64,000 nt of DNA from positions 1 through 64,000 of IMG/VR virus record IMGVR_UViG_3300010938_000006; one strand, written 5' to 3'. The position numbers and the translations under genes were made by a program. The notes under the pieces are model-generated. The model was not told the DNA's origin. It saw nothing but the letters and a program-made list of their open reading frames with translations, and ran no database searches. Origin of the DNA: a virus. Positions 61,733-64,000 of the stretch are shown one piece after another (position 1 is the stretch's first letter; each line of letters opens with the position of its first letter).

Positions 61733-62314
61733 ATGTCTGTGTGGACTACTAAAGCATTAGTTAATAATAGTAAAGAGTACGTATTATTAAAACATACCTT
61801 GCCTGGTATCAATTATATTGTAAAAGGCGTTAGATTTCGTAATGGCTATGCGGTTGTTGAAAAGGGTAGTAAAATCTACTCGGAATTAAAAAAAATTCCC
61901 GTATTAAGAAAAGCCAAAGAATATCCCTTGACCGATCTACGTAAATTATCATTTATTACTCGTAGTATTGACGTTAAAACGATTTATGGTCAAGATGTAT
62001 ATACAAAATTTTTAAGTGATGAACAAGCTCTCAATACTGTTCTAGAGGCAGAACATAAGGCTAAAGAAGAAGCTGAGCATCTATCAGATGTAACAAATTG
62101 TACGTATAGAAATATAGCCAATGACGAACTTTGTTCACATGTTGCTTTAGAAGAAAGTCCAAGTCACTATTGTAAAGTTCATATTCTAAAAGAACCTTTA
62201 CTCCAAAAACTAGGCATTGAAGTGCCCAAGTTTATTCCTAAAAACGAGAAAAAGGAATGGCGAGAAATCGTCATTAACGAACTTGCTAAACTAAAAAAAG
62301 AAGGCAAATTCTAA
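61733..62314 (+). CDS. hypothetical protein (head module)
   Basis: 193-aa ORF. Confidence 0.5.
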   Translation: MSVWTTKALVNNSKEYVLLKHTLPGINYIVKGVRFRNGYAVVEKGSKIYSELKKIPVLRKAKEYPLTDLRKLSFITRSIDVKTIYGQDVYTKFLSDEQALNTVLEAEHKAKEEAEHLSDVTNCTYRNIANDELCSHVALEESPSHYCKVHILKEPLLQKLGIEVPKFIPKNEKKEWREIVINELAKLKKEGKF

Positions 62315-62474
62315 TATGGCTAAATTTGGATCAAGAGAAAATAAACCAGGATTAAACTTGGTTAAATTTCCTTCAGGTAATAAATTTGATGTAGTTAAGA
62401 TTCTATACTATATAAATATAATTGTATCAATACTTATTTTATTGAAATTGTATAACGTACTATAAGAGTTCTTA

Positions 62475-63152
62475 ATGAGTACTAAAGGTGATCGTTCCTC
62501 AGGAACGCAGCATAATCCGAGGGGAGCCACGCAAGGTAATACGCTGGTTGACCCAAATACAGGGTATCCTATTAGCGTAATTACGGACGATCAAGGCGTT
62601 CGTAGATTGGCTGTAGATGCGAACCTTACTGTGAAAAATGCTAATCTAGAAGTTAATTTAGATTCAGCCGATGACCAGGTAGCAGTAGAAGATCCAGATA
62701 CTGGGGCACATATAAGAGTCGAGACAAACGGCTCTATAAATGTCAATGTAGAAATGGATGCCGCAGATGGCGATAATGCCTTTGCAGTAGGCTCTGAAGA
62801 TGGCACGGTAACTGGTACCCGCCACGTAGTACAAGTAAATCCAGATTTAGAATTAGTTACTAGAGAAGCTAGTACAGCATCGATACCTACAATATATAAC
62901 GTATCTGCTCCCTTAGCTAACACAGAAGTATCTCAGGCATTACCGAGTAATACTAAAAAATTCTCGATAAAAGTTCGTAATCATAGTGCTATTCTGAAAC
63001 TAGCATTTGTTTCAGGTCAATCTGGCACTAATTATATCACGGTAGACCGAGGAAATACACATGAGGTAGAAGGTATAAAGGCTAATGCATTAACTTTATA
63101 TTTTCAAGTGAATAATCCAAGCCAAACTATAGAAATTTTAGCTTGGAGTTAA
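62475..63152 (+). CDS. putative virion structural protein (paralogue of the next gene)
   Basis: 225 aa. Segments DANLTVKNANLEVNLDSADD, NGSINVNVEMDAADGD and the C-terminal beta-rich region recur in ORF 63175. Confidence 0.45.
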   Translation: MSTKGDRSSGTQHNPRGATQGNTLVDPNTGYPISVITDDQGVRRLAVDANLTVKNANLEVNLDSADDQVAVEDPDTGAHIRVETNGSINVNVEMDAADGDNAFAVGSEDGTVTGTRHVVQVNPDLELVTREASTASIPTIYNVSAPLANTEVSQALPSNTKKFSIKVRNHSAILKLAFVSGQSGTNYITVDRGNTHEVEGIKANALTLYFQVNNPSQTIEILAWS

Positions 63153-63174
63153 TTGATTAATCAAAGGAAAAATA

Positions 63175-64000
63175 ATGAAACAACAGTTAATATTCGATGT
63201 TACAGATGCTACTACGATTCTCGCAAGCGATAGCGTTGGTGCATTTGTAAGAGCGGGTGATGGTACGTTGATCGGTCACGTATCTGATGCATTGAAAGTA
63301 AGTCTTACTAATGCTTCAATCGCAGTGACTGCTACGGACTTAGACATCCGAGATTTAAATTCAGCTACTGATAGCGTAACTGCAATTCAAGGAACTAGTC
63401 CTTGGGTAGTTGGTGATGGGGGTGGTTCCCTAACTGTGGATGCCGTTGATCTAGATATTCGTAATTTAAGTCATGCTCAAGATAACGTCGCTATTGCTCA
63501 AGGTGGCAATACGATGGTTGTTAATGCTGATGGATCTATTAATGTAAATGCTGATATTAGCGTAGTTAATGGGCACGAAAAAGCTGAAGATGCCGCTCAT
63601 GCTTCTGGAGCGATTGGTTCTTATGTTCTAGCTGTTCGTCAAGATACGCTAGCTTCTAGTACTGATGCTGATGGAGACTATGCTTCATTAAAAGTGAACG
63701 CTACTGGTGCTTTATATACGTATATCACTGGTTCAAATCCACTAACAATGGATGACGCTGCACTAGCTAATACTGCTATTGCCAATGCGGCAAATGTACT
63801 AACAGCGGCAAATACTGCTGAAAATGTGGTAACTTCTCCGCTATCTAATCGTAAATATCTTTATATTTACAATAACGGAAATTTAAAGGCTTATATTGGT
63901 GCTTCTGGTGTTTCCGCTGCCAACGGTTTTCCGCTTCCTCCTGGTTCCATGATAGAATTACGTGCTGGTGCTGCGGTTGATATCGAATGGGTAGCCGCTA
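63175..64000 (+). CDS. putative virion structural protein, 3'-truncated by the window end
   Basis: ATG 63175 after an AAAGGAAAA SD. 275 codons open to position 64000. Not in the ORF track because there is no stop inside the window. Confidence 0.55.
   Translation, partial: MKQQLIFDVTDATTILASDSVGAFVRAGDGTLIGHVSDALKVSLTNASIAVTATDLDIRDLNSATDSVTAIQGTSPWVVGDGGGSLTVDAVDLDIRNLSHAQDNVAIAQGGNTMVVNADGSINVNADISVVNGHEKAEDAAHASGAIGSYVLAVRQDTLASSTDADGDYASLKVNATGALYTYITGSNPLTMDDAALANTAIANAANVLTAANTAENVVTSPLSNRKYLYIYNNGNLKAYIGASGVSAANGFPLPPGSMIELRAGAAVDIEWVAA

Noticed and set aside
1-64000. Global genetic-code change (TGA=Trp code 4, TGA=Gly code 25, or TAG/TAA=Gln) for the whole phage
   Set aside because: All ORFs of at least 250 aa are open under the standard code. 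TGA is used repeatedly as a stop in canonical ATGA stop-start overlaps (1416, 10916, 12839, 27875, 28615, 40100, 40288). TAA and TAG likewise terminate most genes at proper junctions. Any recoding would have to be partial or context-dependent, not a simple code switch.

Overview
This window is an AT-rich segment of a tailed dsDNA phage genome, with no integrase or flanking host genes. It has five parts.

(1) 1-43.9 kb is one long minus-strand arm. It carries replication, recombination and nucleotide-metabolism genes: RuvC-like resolvase, PhoH, dUTPase, RecA-like ATPase, family A DNA polymerase, aminotransferase, ClpP-like protease, two DEDDh exonucleases, a CDA-fold deaminase, a P-loop NTPase, ATP-dependent DNA ligase, AEP-primase/helicase, a Cas4-like nuclease and one tRNA(CAT). 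It also carries many small accessory genes: IscA, an S8 protease, a lytic transglycosylase, a MoxR/VWA pair, two HNH genes, a macro domain and a NADAR-like protein.

(2) 43.93-44.32 kb is a divergent regulatory region carrying sigma-54-type (TGGCAT-N6-TGCA) promoter motifs.

(3) 44.3-49.05 kb is a plus-strand island with different composition and codon usage. It encodes Cys-rich proteins, a GP88-like protein and a pilin-like protein.

(4) 49.05-50.03 kb is a roughly 1-kb ORF-free, very AT-rich repeat and hairpin region flanked by C11 and G10 tracts.

(5) 50.0-64.0 kb is a plus-strand arm. It starts with a cluster of small paralogues, followed by terminase, portal, scaffold, major capsid and further structural genes.

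Three signals stand out.
(a) About two dozen small ORFs contain a single in-frame TAA, TAG or TGA, or have ATA where ATG is expected. Every large gene is intact.
(b) A family of more than 30 small proteins ends in L-L-Y-(G).
(c) A set of eight sigma-54-like promoter motifs is present.
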